A stretch of 64,000 nucleotides of DNA from Callorhinchus milii (GCF_018977255.1 NW_024704743.1:56980001-57044000), one strand, 5' to 3'. Counted from the stretch's first letter, positions 24,370 through 37,500 are shown. Notes: generated by a model not told the origin, from the letters alone. Numbers and translations are program-made.

Positions 24370-25285
24370 AGAGACTATTTACTTGCTTGTATGTAAGTGT
24401 GGGTGCTAAGAAGGGTGGGTCTGGCAGAACTGCCTCGAAACGTTCCACACAGTTGGTGTGTGCCGAACCACCTATCCTATGTTGAGAAATATCAAAAGAA
24501 CATGCATCCCAGACTCCTGCACAATCACCGAATGATCCGTGCCGCAGGTAATTAAAACAGTTCAAAAGGGGGAGAGGACAGACCCGATCGGGAGGGACCC
24601 TGCAGCGATAGCCAGCCACGTCTGGCAAAACACCTCGTCACCGGCCCTGAGCAACAACCATCAGGACGTGGCCTGGCTGGCGATAAAAGGGGCGCCTTCC
24701 CCTCATGGCTTTCAAGCACGGTCAAGGTCTGGGCGAGTCAGCATGTTGCCCTCGGGCCAGCTGCAGAGGCCAGAAGACTGTGGACCACCTTTTCCTGGAG
24801 TATTGTGTCGCAATGGTGGTTTGGAAAAAGATGGAATGGATTCTCTCGCGGTTCATCCCTGGGACCCGCTGTCACGGCACTTGGTGCTGTACGACCTGTT
24901 CCCGAAACTCATAAACTCGGCAAAGGAGGCCCTTTGGCATTCCCAAAACCAGGTGTTCTTGTGGCACAACGAGCGGATGGTGAGGGCCTGCCTCAGGCTC
25001 GCTCACACTAGGATCAGGGACTATATACTGAGGGAAAAGCTGATGTTTGTCTCAACCACAGGAAAGGCCAAATGGGGCTCGACCCTGGCAGGGTTAAAAA
25101 GAGCGTCCCAAAAGACGTGTGCACAACCTATGTGCAGGGAAGGAATGTACTCTTCAAACTGTAAACAACAGAATGTTTTTTGTATTAGGAGAAAAGGAAA
25201 AATGTGTAACAGAAGATGTTGTATTTGTTTTGAATTTCTGTTCTACTAAATATTATATTGATAGGTAAATATATATTTTTCAAAA
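24370..25285 (+). mobile_element. Tx1/L1-clade LINE, 5'-truncated ORF2 C-terminus and 3'UTR
   Basis: VLRRVGLAELPRNVPHSWCVPNHLSYVEK (from ~24403), VWQNTSSPALSNNHQDVAWLAIKGA, C-terminal zinc knuckle CPRASCRGQKTVDHLFLEYC, INSAKEALW; frameshifted; AT-rich 3' end. Confidence 0.85.
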
Positions 25286-26861
25286 AGTATGTAAATATGG
25301 TTGAAGCCTGCAGTGTTTCTCATAATTACATGATTTCATTGATCTTCCAGTGTAGTTTTACATAGGCACACCAAATCACATTTACCTACCAGGGAATTGG
25401 CCTCAGGTGCATTATAATATTAAAGGATTATTCTTTTTATTAACAGCTAAACGGCATTCAAGACAGGAATTCCATTGAGGTCACGGCTATGTAAATCTCT
25501 TTTTAATTCAACACATATTTGGATATAAATTAAGAATGCCAAGCTGAGTCATCATCACTTTGTCAAGGGTATTGATATTGTTGATGTTGGTCTGAGGCCA
25601 AAAGCCGCTCTGAAATCAATTAATGCTATGTGGCAATCCCTTTCATGGCACATAAATACTGTCCTCACCCACTCCTTAATCTCAGAACAAACACTGCTAT
25701 TGGGGGAAGGAATTAATGCAAAGTAAATGTTCTTAACATGTGTCAGTGGCAAAAACTGAAATATTAGCCATAAATACATTATCCCGCAGTTGTTAAAATG
25801 TGACTTTTTCCTGAATTGTAAACTGTGAAAGCTTTTCAAATGCTTAAAATCCTGCATGCAAATGTCATGGGATTCATCTAAATTGACCTTTGTAGCGTCC
25901 AACTGCATGTGTAAACAGAATTCAATTTAGATAAGCTTATTGCAGTTACTAGTGTACATTGTTTGCACTACTGTTTAGTAGCATGACTGGTACAAAGGTT
26001 AACACTACAGTCTTTGCTCTGCAATGAAACCACTCCAGCACTCCAGACTTTCGTCCTTTCTAATGGGGGATTTAGCTCCTGACAGCAAAGACATGGACTG
26101 TCCTGATGCTGTTCTTGCTGCTATTAATATTGCAGCAGAAAGTATCTAACAATAGTCTGAGTTTACATTCATGTTAATAATGCTTAAAATAGAAACATAA
26201 ACAGATTGCAGAGTTTTGCCTGTATTTTCTTACCACCTGGGGCTATTTTCAGATACCGTAGGAATAAATCTTACATGTTCCACTAGCCGCATACTGTATT
26301 TCTAAACACTGCCAGGTAGCTCAACATATTTCTGTACTTCACAACCAATTTAATATATTTCAGTTATTGGGAAAAATTTGCAGTATTGCTTAATGTGTTC
26401 CTTGTGCTATTTAAGTGTCAGCCTGGCTCAGCTGGTAACACATTCACCTCTGAGTCAGAAGATTTTGAAATAAATCCCCAAGATGGGATTTTGAATTCAC
26501 TTAGTCTAGGCTAGTGGTTCAGTTTAGATTTTAAATTTAAATTTAAACAATTTAGCCTTTAGGTCGAGATATATATATATTACGCAATGCCATTTTTTGT
26601 TGTTGCCATTTTTTTTAAAAAAATTAAAAATTACAATTGTCATTTTTAAAAAAAACAACTCCAAGCAATCATTAGCACATGCCTTCTCTTTTCGAAAGGG
26701 CTATGGGATCTTTAACATCCACTTGAGTGGGCAGATGTATCATTCACCCACAAATATACAGTCGATTCACTTTACAGCATATTCTGTGAAGCACTTTGAG
26801 ACGTCTAGAAGATGTGAAAAGCCCTATATCAAATGCCAGGAATACTATTCTTATAAAAAAC

Positions 26862-27062
26862 AACTCCGACTATACCCTATTTTCTTTGTCTTCCTTGGTC
26901 CTGCCTCCCCCCTCTGTTAGCCCTTAAAAGCCTCTCCCTCTCAACATGCCCCAATTCTGACGAAGGGTCTTGGACCTGAAACGTTGACACGCTTTCCTTT
27001 CTCCATAGATGCTGCCTAACCTGCTGAATATTCCCAGCGACTTCTGTTTTTGTTTTTTCTTA
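26862..27062 (+). mobile_element. Penelope-like element terminal fragment
   Basis: ctgacgaagggtcttggacctgaaacgttgac…ctccatagatgctgcctaacctgctgaatattcccagc…ttctgttttt resembles the terminal sequence of chondrichthyan Penelope-like elements as I recall it. Confidence 0.75.
26957..26985 (+). ncRNA. Minimal type I hammerhead ribozyme core (possibly decayed)
   Basis: CUGACGA-A-[GGGUC uug GACCU]-GAAA-CGUU: both catalytic boxes, stem II and palindromic AACGUU stem III. Stem I pairing is poor. Confidence 0.65.
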
Positions 27063-27564
27063 TTATATATCATTCGAATGATGCCACCTCCAATAAGGCA
27101 GTGCATTCCAGCACTGCCTTGGAGTATCATCCTATACCATATAAATTCTAAATCCTGACGTGGAGTTTGAACTCACATTCTTGTTACTCAGAGGTGAGAG
27201 TGCTCCCAATTGAGCCAGGCTGACATACAAGGCACACGTGGTTGTTTGTGGGACTTTGCTGTGTGCAAATTGACAGCAACATTTGCCTACAAAAGACACT
27301 TTATAGTAAATCCTGAGAAGCCCTGAGATGTCCTCCCATCATAAAAAGCACTTTATCAAATGCAAGGATTATCATTTATTATTAACAACAGGAAAGGATT
27401 AAGGAATGTTGCAAATTGGTTCTTAATTCACATCTTGCTAATTAAGGACTTACCTTTGCTCACTGTGCTGCTTGTGGCCTCTAATTCCCTGCAGGCGGCT
27501 TTGTCCGATTAGCTTTTAATGAAACCCAGGAAACAGGTTAAGGGACCCTAAATATTTGCCCCTA

Positions 27565-27895
27565 CGGTGTCTGTTGGTAGCATTCTAGCCTCTAAAATCA
27601 GAAGGTTGGGACTTGAGGTCACAGCCTAAGACATTTATATTGTAGTGTTGGGGCAGTGCTGCATTATCAGAGGTACCATCCATCAAGTAAAGCATTAAAC
27701 CATGATCCTATTTAACTGCTGTTAAAGTTCCCATGATACTATTTCCAAACAAGAAGGGGATTTTTCTTGATCTTGTTGCCAACAATCTACCAGATAAATT
27801 GATCATTCACCTCATGGTTGTTTGTGGAACCTGTTGTGTAAAATGATAGCTAAGTTTGCCAAAATGGCTCCTTGCATTTGATAAAGTGATGTAGC
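27565..27895 (+). mobile_element. Old DeuSINE
   Basis: ttggtagcattctagcctctaaaatcagaaggttggg…gtgctgcattatcagaggtaccatc…ttgtttgtggaacctgttgtg. Confidence 0.7.
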
Positions 27896-28014
27896 AAGTA
27901 TAGCCAACAGGATATCTCTCAATTCATGCGCTTGGTTTAACTTGGAGGACTCTCAGAGAACTGAAGACAATACTCAATGATAAAGAGACAAGCTAATCCC
28001 AGTGCTGCAATTAT

Positions 28015-28270
28015 AATAACACTTGCATTTTTCTAGTGCCTATAATGGTGAAATGTCTTGAAGCACTTCACAGGTAATTGTTGTCAAACATATTGACTGT
28101 ATTTGTAGGTAAACATGGCAGCCAATTTATGCACAGCAGGTCCCACAAACAGCTATGAAGTGAATGACCAATATATCTGGCGGATTTTTAGCCAGAACAC
28201 TGGGAGAAACTTCCTTTTCGTTTCAAATAATATCATGGGAGCTTTAACATCACTTGAACAGGCAGATGGG
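28015..28270 (-). mobile_element. Old DeuSINE 3' half
   Basis: cttgcattt…aagcacttcacag…ggcagccaatttatgcacagcaggtcccacaaacagc…tgaacaggcagatggg. Confidence 0.75.
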
Positions 28271-31200
28271 ACTGATATAATGCCCTGTATGTTGACGTGA
28301 AATAACAGCAGATTCATGTCATATAATTCTTTAGTTCTCGTAGAGCATAACGGTAGAACTATGTAATCTGTAATTATATATTTATATAACGTAGCATTGA
28401 AGTGGGCAATGATCACTGCATGCTATGGCTATTCTGTCTCATTTTGAACTTTGTTGTGTGCTTTAGAGAACAATGGTTGTATGATATTTATTTTTCGTTG
28501 GCCTTTTTTACACAGGGTAACAATGGTTTCACATCAAAACCAGCAAGGACAAGCTGGTGGTCTCTTCTTTCCTTTTTTCTTCTTTCTTGTCTTTCACTCT
28601 CTTCTTTCCCTTTTCCCTGGTGCCTTGGCTCCCGGAAAGTGTCCCTGAGGAAACTTTGCTGTAGATCATTGGGATCAGAGCATATGAGGAAAGTAAAATG
28701 TGGATTGTGGTGTTGGTAGCGCTCTCTCCTCTGAGTCAGAAGATTGTGGGTTCAATTCCCAGGTTAGGACTTTAGACTCATTCTCATGTTGGTCAAAGTG
28801 CAACATATTTATTCAGTAAAATCTTTACAATATCAACCAATGTGATTCGTATGTTACAGACCCAAAATTTTAGCTTGTCTTCACTTGTAAGACCATTCTG
28901 GCTTAAAATTTAAGATCGCACAGAATTAAGATCCATTCTTAAATTCAGGTTTATTTTGGAAGTTAGTTGTTTTTCAGAACTGTGAAACTGGTTCAGAGGC
29001 TAATCTAATGCGACAAATTCTAAATGAAGGTTTTACCACAGTCCAGAAACAATAATAATCTTTGCATTTGACATTGCGCCTTTCATATCCGGAGGGTGCT
29101 TCAATTTGCTTCATAGCACTTACTGCATAGGGTAGTAACTGTATTTTGTAACAGTCAAATAATGAAAATATTTACTGTTCTTGTTGAAACAAACAGGATG
29201 GTTAACATTAATATTGCTTTGGATTACTGTGGGTTTATTTTGGAGTTATTTCACTGTTAGGGAGATCTCACTTATTCCTCACCTTTCATGCTCCTCCCCC
29301 GCCTCCAGCTAAATAGCCTACAGTGCTTAGGCTCACACAAAGGATGACCACTGGGATAAGTTGTCAGGCGATGTAATTGTATTCAGGCCGAGTTGGTGCT
29401 TTCAAGGAGAGTGATTGAAGGGAAAAGAGATTGAGATAAACAAAATAGTCCAATACTCTTTTATAGCTGTCTAATCTTATAGCTTTTTACAGTCTGGTTG
29501 AAACTCGTTGCTCACAAGAGATCAGTTATCAGTAGGTTACTTCACCACGAGATGAAAATTACCATTAAACTTGAACCTATATTATTTGACAACCATATGT
29601 GTGTACTTCCATCAGGCGCCACTGTATAGTCAAGAATCCTGGCCGATTTTCTTTTCCCCCTCTCACAACAAGGGAGGACACAATCCTGAAAATGTCTCAT
29701 TTTTAAAAACAAAGGCAGCATAAGTGGTGCCATTTGAACTGGAAATAGCACCTTGTGTTACCAGGAACTCCCTGTATCCTTCCCTAGCTCACATGAGCCC
29801 TGACCTGAAGTGTCCTCAAAGCAGAGTTCACATAGGTCAAAGCGACATAGATAGGATTGCCTGAGGAAATGCATCTTATATGCCACAGTATTTTTCCTGA
29901 TACGAGATACAATTAACACTGCTACTTTCACCACAAACACTTGTTCAACCTCACTGAAGCCAACTGAGGTGCCCCCACAAACATGTTTAAGATTGTGTAA
30001 ATCGGTACAATGAGACTGAAGTTGGAAGCTTGCTGGATTGTATTGCATCGTGCAATGTGTTCACCCACTGAGCCATTGGAGAAGTAAGACACATAGTTTT
30101 CATGGAGTTTAAATGTCATTTTTCAAACTGGGGGACTAATTCAATTTAGAAACAACTCTTTACTTCCAATTTTGAGCAGGGTAAATTCTCCCACTCATTA
30201 TTTCTAGTTACTAGGTATTGCAACAACAACACTTTCTATTTATATAAAGCCATCCACATTGGGAGGACATCTCAAAATGCTTCACACAACTGACTACTAA
30301 GCAAATATGACAGATTGAGGCTCAAAATGTAGTTTGAGGCCAGAAATCTGTATTGTTAACAGGTTCATTGATGTGCAGCTTCTGTAAAAAGGCAGTCAGC
30401 CAGTAACTTAAAATTGTATTGTGTATGAAAGGAGTATTTATTTAATTCAAATTGCCTTACGTAAATGTATGATGAAACAGGCTTATTTATACCTTGTCGG
30501 TGGGATTGCTTTCAGTGCAATGTAGCTAGCTGGCTGATCTGCAGCAGGCATGTACACTGAGCTGCATAGAATGACAACCTACTTGTGTGACTCACAAAAA
30601 TGCTTTTGTTGTTGATCAGCTTTGTCCAGGGGCTTCATTTAAAGCTAGTAACAAAAAGGAGGTCAGGGTCAGCTCTGGGCTGGAGAGGCATGCTAGACAC
30701 CAAGTGGACTCCTCTTACAGTGAAACTGGGTGAAAAAGCACCCATTTTAGCAATGTAGACATACCAACCTTTTAAAAAGTTTGGGAGGTTAGAGCTGAGA
30801 TTAGAGGTGATGTTACACCAACTTAGATTACTGCCATAAAACAGAATATAATGTGTGAAAAAAATGAAGCAAATATTTTCATCCACAAAAATTAATCTTT
30901 CAGCCCCTTTTATATAAAATGCTGAAATAAATCTATATTTAAGAGAATAAGCAATGGTAATTTGTAAACCCAAGTAGTAATTCACTGATTTATTATTAAC
31001 CAACAGTAATTTAATATCAATGGGCTCTGAAATAGATTGGGAATAATGGCCCATTTTAGACCAAGATTCTATTAGCCTGTTCAGGTGGAAGTTAAAGGTC
31101 CCATTGTTCAAAAAGAGAAGGGAATTTCTCCCGGTGTCCTGGTTAACAATTTTCCAGATAAAAAATGGTCAATCACTTCATGGTCTGTCTGGACATTGCT

Positions 31201-34200
31201 ATGTGAAAATTGGTTGTCCTGTCGCCTACAAAATAGCCACTTCAGTAAATCCTATGAAGTGTTTTGAAACATCCTCACAAAGTGAAGGTGCCATATCACA
31301 TTCAATTACTGTGTACTTTTATTATTTTATGATTCTGACATTTTTGAGAAATATTCCCATATAATTATCTTTAAACGTTTGAGAATAAAACAAAGGTACA
31401 TCCAGCACAATGCCTGGCACAGCAGCAAGCTGAGCTTTCCTGTGATCTTTGCACAATTTAATGTGGAAATTATGTAATTTGGGAAATTGTTGCACTGATG
31501 TATGGGGTGAAAAATGGAATATGTGATGTGATAAATATCACATTGTTGAAAAGTGCAACCCAAACCGCACTAACTACTGACAACTTGGAAGTGAGCACCT
31601 CATTGAGCGCTGCATAATAGCTTGGCCTGAAGCCATCCAAGGTTTCCAACTTTTATTGGCAATGGTCTGTCTTTCAGTGGCATGACACAGAACATCCTCC
31701 AGAAGCTGAGTCACATCAGTATTCTGTGTAGTGGGACTGAGAAGCAGCGACCATGGGCTCCAAAAATAAAGATGCTGTGGAGAGCTCGGCCAGCTGGGGC
31801 CTAAGTTATTATTATCAAAGCTGGGGAAGGGATGGGGGAAGAATTCACCCCCAAACCTATCGATAGTTTGGGATGTATTCTTTGACAAAATGATTATTAT
31901 CGGCAGTGCTAATTATCACACCACATGCTTTATTTTCAGTCTCGGAGACAATATAACTGAAAACAAAGGTTGACTGGAATGGCTTTTATCAGGTACAGGA
32001 CTATGTTTATTGTAACTTTTTAATTTAATAGTGACAATAGTTAGTTCAGAAAAGGAGATTGTTTGGTAAACATGCAAGGATTTTTTCTGACACGGTTGGC
32101 TTCACAAAGCTTAAGGTGATTGATTTATTTTAATGTTAATATATTTAGATACTAAAATATGAATTCTCCTTCATATGGAGGAAGAGGAGAAGGCAGAGTG
32201 TGATACTTTTCCCCAGTAATTATCATAATAATCCTTGCATTTGTTGTAGAGTTTTATCTCAAAGTGTTTCACAGGATATACTATAAAGTGAAATGACTGG
32301 GTAGAAAATGCCAGAAAATGCAGTCACAGCATATTTTGAAAATTATCCTTACAGATAGGCCTGGGACTGAACATCGTCTCTTTCCACCCTCCCACTTTCT
32401 GACTGCTAAAGAGTAGTTTTTCTTTTGTGCATCTTTATTTTCTAGCCAGGCTCCAATGGCTACCTCTCACCTAATGGATCGATTTCAAGATCCTCACATT
32501 TGTTTTACAAATCCCTGGCACCTCCCTACCTCTCCGACCTGCTTACCTCCTAATTTGCTGCCTCCGCTTGACTGGCTCCGGCCTTCTGCGTGTCCCTTGT
32601 GCCCTCCGTTACACCATTAGTGGCTGTGCTTTCAGGATCTACAACCCAGATATCAGAAGAGACTCTTCTTTAGTCAACTGGTGCCATGGGATCTTTAATA
32701 TTTACCTGAACAGGCAGATATGATTTCATCTTAACACCTCCAACAAAACAGCACACTCCAGCACTGTATCAGCGTGTCAGTCAAGACTATATGATTGTAG
32801 ATAGTGAGGACGATGGTCTTTATTCCAGGCTCCAGAGCATCATTTTATCTTTCAATTTTAGCTTTTGATTTAAGACAGGAGCTGAAATTAAATTGAATCA
32901 CTGCACCCACAGGCAGCATGAATTTCAAGTCCCCAATTTTCCCGATTGCATCATTTTTGTTAGCAAGCAGGGTTATTAGGCATTTGAAATTACTCGTATG
33001 GTTCACACTGGGCAGTGGCTTTTAACAACTGAGCCATGGCAGGATCATACAGAAATATTTTTCCTGAAAAATCCAGATTAGAATCCACTGGGACAGATTT
33101 TTTTTAATGGAAAAAAATATAATAATAATCCTTACATTTGATACAGCATCTTTCATGTTGGGAGGATGTCTCAAACGACTTTCCAGAATTTATTATATAT
33201 AGTGACTGTGCATTTACAGACAAACAGGGCAGCCGATTTGTATACAGCATGTCCCACAAACAGCCATGAAGTGAACAACATGGGGGATTGTTGGCAGTTC
33301 ACTGGGAGAAAAGCCCTTCTCTTTGAATAAAGTGGTTGCTGTTACATTGCTTGTAGTATTACTTTTCTTTTACAGCATTATGAACATTCACTTGGGCAGA
33401 TTTTCCCAGTGTTGAAGGTTGAGATACTGCAGTGACCTTTTGTACTCCATAAGAGCAATAGAGTGTTTAAAATAATACCCGCCCTGATTTATCAGGGGGC
33501 TTGCTGCTGCACAAAATAGTACAGCATGTCCTGTTACTGGTGAGTTTACACAGAAAGGGTGGAGACCGGCACAGGATCATTACTGGGCTTTGCCTGTCTC
33601 AGGAATCGTGTGCTGACACAGCAGAAATGGTGGGAAAGGAAACTCGTTACAGGATTTCTGAACTCCACCAGAATAATCAAATCCCCAGCTAATTATATCA
33701 GAGGTTCATAGGAATGAGGCAGTGAAACATCAAATAAAACTCTGGAGAGATTGTAATAGATTTTTTGGGATGAAGATTAGGCATTATTTTCTATTTGAGG
33801 ATTTTTTGTCTTTAACCTACTGACGCCAATTTGTCTAGTGTGCACCAGACTTATTAACTCCTTGCACTGTGGCCTTGTCCCCATTGTATGCTAATTATGG
33901 CTGGCTACGTGCCTCTAGGAATAGTTTCTCCCTTTTAAGGAATAATTTAACGGCGGACAAGGTTAATTCTGACAGTACCAACACATATTGGGACAATATG
34001 TGGGCAAATTGAACTAGATCATGGAAAGAAAGACATTGGGAAGATGTGTTCAATTTAAAAACGCTGACTATAATAATAATCCTTGCATTTTATATAGTTG
34101 CCCCAAAGCGTTTCACAGTATACGTTGTGACTGCCCATGTCCTCGCCTGCACCGAATTCCACACTCCCATCAATAGGGAGCCAGTGAGGCCCAGTCCTTG

Positions 34201-34672
34201 CCAGGTTTCAACAACAACAACAAAGTTATATTTGTATAGCACTTTTCACGTCAAGAGGACGTCCCAAGGCGCTGTACAGAGTTTTGGACCCGAGCTGGGG
34301 GTCGGGATCGGGGAAGATGGAGGGCAGTGGGGGGGAAGGAAGGTGATCAAAAGCACAGTTGAAGAGGAGGGTCTCGAGATGGGTTTTGAAGGAGGCAAGG
34401 GAGGGGGCAAGGTGGAGGGACTGTGAGATGGAGTTCCAGAGGGTTGGGGCAGAGTAGCAGAAGGCTCGCCCACCAATGGTGGGACGGACGGGCAACGCGA
34501 GGATATGAAGCAGGCCGGAGCCCACTGAGTAGAGGGACGGGCAGGATGGTAGGGGGTTAGATGATCGCAGAGGTAGGAGGGAGTGAGGCCATGAAAGGCT
34601 TTGAAGTTGAGCACCAGGATCTCGCACTGTATCCTCTGTGTGATGGGAAGCCAGTGGAATCGGGCAAGGATG

Positions 34673-34985
34673 ATAATAATAATAATCCTTGCATTTGATA
34701 TAGCGCTTTTCAGGTCTTCTAGACGTCGCAAAGTGCTTCACAGAATATACTGTAAAGTGAATTCACTGTATATTTGTGGGCGAACGCAGCAGCCAATTGC
34801 ACACAGCAATGTCCCACAAACAGTCGTAGATTGAAAATGACCAATTTATTATTGTTTTTTGTTTTGGAGGCATTATTAGGCATGTGGAGTAAGGAAACTT
34901 GCCCCAGGTTTCGCCCTGCCTGGAATTGAATTTAGGTCTCTCGCTTGCAAAGCGAGTGCTCTAACCACTGAGCTACAGGACTCCA
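34673..34985 (-). mobile_element. tRNA-Ala SINE, short form, nested in L2 with TSD
   Basis: caaggatg at 34665-34672 and 34986-34993; anticodon arm CTCGC-TTTGCAA-GCGAG (TGC = Ala). Confidence 0.95.
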
Positions 34986-36877
34986 CAAGGATGGAGATGA
35001 TAGGGACATGGAGCCTGGTGCGGAAAAGGACACGGGCTGCAGAGTCTGGATGAGCTGCAGCATATGGAGGGAGTTGTTGGGGAGGCCGACAAGCAATGGG
35101 TTTGCGTAATCAAGCCTCGATGTTATGAAAGGATGTATGAGGGTTTTGGTGGCCTGTGGTGTGAGACAGTGGTGGAGCCAGGCGATGTTGCGGAAGTGGG
35201 GAAGACAAAGAGGGTCATGGCAAGGATGTGGGGTAGAAAGGATAGTTCAGGATCAAACAAGACCCAAGGTTCCAGACTGGCTTAGTAAGGTGGAGTGTAC
35301 AACCATGGATGGTCATGCTGTCAGCGCCTGAGCTGTGGAGGCGCTGATGGGTGTTGATCAGGAGGACTTCAGTCTTGTTGACGTTCAACTGAAGAAAGTT
35401 AACTCTCATCCAGGACTCGATATCTGACAGATATTCTGTCAGCACAGCAGTGGTCCTGGAGTTGAGGGTGGAGGCAGAGAGATACAGTTGGGAAGTTGAC
35501 CCCATGTCTGTGGATGATGTCACCAAGAGGGAGCATATAGATATTGAAGAGGAGGTGACCAAGGACAGAGAGTTGAGGAACGCCGCATGAGAAGGAGATG
35601 GGGCTAGAGTAGAAACAGTTTGTGGAGATGAAGCGGAGATGGTGTGAGAGGTACGATCTGAGCCATTCACAGACAGAACCGTGACGGTTGAGGTGAGAGG
35701 AGAGGCGGTGGATGAGGATACAGTGGTCAATGGTGTCAAAGGCAGCAGAGAGGTCAAAGAGGATGAGGAAGCAGAGGGAGCCCTAATTGCAAATGTACAG
35801 AATGTCATTTGACACTTTGACCGGGGCTGTTTCTGTGCTGTGCGCTGCACGGAAACCCGATGGGAGGGGTTCGTGAAGGGAGTGGCGTGAGAGGATAGAG
35901 CAAAGCTGGGAAGCAATGATTCATTCCAGGACCTTGGAGAGAAAGGGAGATTGGAGATGGGGTGGTAGTTTGAGAGCAGGAATGGCTCTAGGGAGGGTTT
36001 TCTAAGGATAGAAGTGATGATGGCTGTTTTTAAAGGGGTGGGAATGGTGCCAGTGGACAGGGAGAGGTTTATGATGTCAGTGAGTAGAGGGGCAAAGAGG
36101 TGGAGGTGGGAGGCAAGGAGAGGGTTAGGGATGGGGTCAAGGGAGCAGGTGGTAGGTTTCATGAGGGTTATAGTGGTGGTGAGAGAGGAGTGGGAGAGGT
36201 TTGAAGGCATGCACGGAGGGATTGGTAGAGGCGGGGGTGTGAGGGGGAGATGAGGAGTGGGTAGTAGATGGAAGGGCAGAGGCAGCTGAGCAGATACTCT
36301 CGACTTTGGATTTGAAGCAATCTAGTATTGCCTCACTATTGGCATTGGAGTTGAGGATGAGCGAGGCTTGAGAGTGTGGGCTGAGGAGTCGGTTGGTGAT
36401 GGAGAAGAGGAGCCTTGGCATGTCCTTGGCTTCCAAGATTGTCTTGGAAAAGAACGACGATTTAGCAGAGGCAAGGGTGGAGTGGCAAGATTTGATAAGG
36501 TCCAGCCAGATCTGCTGGTGGACTATTAAGTTCTATTTAAGCCAGGTGCGTTCAGCGGCACGCATCTGTGCTTTAAGTGAGCGGAGGTGGCTGGTATACC
36601 AGGGTGATTTACGTGAATAGGAGAAGGATCGGGAAGTGAGGGGAGCAAGGGATTTGAGAGTGGTGGATAGGGAACTGTGTAGAAGAGTGACTGAGGAGGA
36701 TAGGTCATTGAGTGGGGAAGCCCAGAGTGGGAGGAGTTCAGATAACTCGAAGGCAGCAGAAAGGGAGGGGGGGTGAGATTTTTTTCCAGGGGTGATAGGA
36801 CATGAAAGTGGGTTGGGTGGAGGAGGGGATGGAACAGAAGAGTTAAGAGAGATGAAATGATGGTCCAAGATTGCTTT

Positions 36878-36952
36878 ATAATAATAATAATATTCCTTGC
36901 ATTTGATATAACGCTTTTCACGTCTTCTAGATGTCTCAAAGCGCTTCAAAGC
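36878..36952 (-). mobile_element. SINE tail-only insertion in the L2 endonuclease region
   Basis: (ATT)n tail plus hairpin only; gcttt duplicated at 36873-36877 and 36953-36957. Confidence 0.85.
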
Positions 36953-37159
36953 GCTTTGTCGATGATGGGGAGGTCCGAGACGGTGAGGCCCCGAGGGATC
37001 ACCAGGTCAAGGGGGTGGCCGTGGACTTGGGTGGCAGGGTTGATGTGGAGGGAGAGGTTGAGTGAAGAGATAAGGGAAGAGAAGTCAGCTGAGGTAGAGC
37101 AGGAGCAGGTGAAGTGAAGGTTGAAGTCACCCAGGATGAGAAGGCATTCGAAGTAGAGG

Positions 37160-37500
37160 GAGAGGGAAGATAGGAGGGTGGAGATGTCGGGGAGGAAGGT
37201 GTGGGAAGGCTTCGTGGACGATAGATAAGGAGAATTTTGAGGGAAAGGTTGGAGGGGCGATAAAGGGTAAGGTGCTCAAAGAAGGGGAAGTTTCCAGAGG
37301 AGTAAGGGGATAGTGAATGAAACTCAGTGTGGGGAAGGATACAAGTGGGTGAAATTTAGAGGAGCTAGAGCTTGTGAATAGTAAAGCTGGGGAGGATGGC
37401 AAGGAGGGCATTCCAGATGTCCAATCTGGAGGTAACAAATGCTTGGAGAAGGATTTTGGCTGTATTGGATGTGAGACAGGGATGGAGGCAGGCAATATGG
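37160..37500 (-). mobile_element. Separate older L2 fragment
   Basis: Minus strand encodes NIACLHPCLTSNTAKILLQAFVTSRLD-like RT C-terminal sequence. Confidence 0.7.

Larger units (their letters stand above)
26680..27225 (-). mobile_element. Old DeuSINE interrupted by a SINE tail (26742-26853, +) and a Penelope-like fragment
   Basis: ctatgggatctttaacatccacttgagtgggcagatg resumes at ~27070 as cattcgaatgatgccacctcc… and ends in the head gagtttgaactcac…tgagccaggctgaca. Confidence 0.72.
34209..37150 (-). mobile_element. Long L2 LINE (APE endonuclease C-terminal half + RT + 3'UTR), inactivated, carrying two SINE insertions
   Basis: Minus strand: LILGDFNLH (~37115-37142), HGHPLDLV, DHH; MKPTTCSLDPIP, NYHPISNLPF, NFLQLNVNKTE, RPTIGGRAF; hairpin and (TTG)n tail at 34209. 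Frameshifts present and the YADD codons are deleted. Confidence 0.95.

Noticed and set aside
35215..36210. Long ORFs (331, 308, 284, 282, 249, 236 aa) as host genes
   Set aside because: All lie within L2 or Tx1 copies and are frameshifted mosaics of ORF2 and off-frame sequence.
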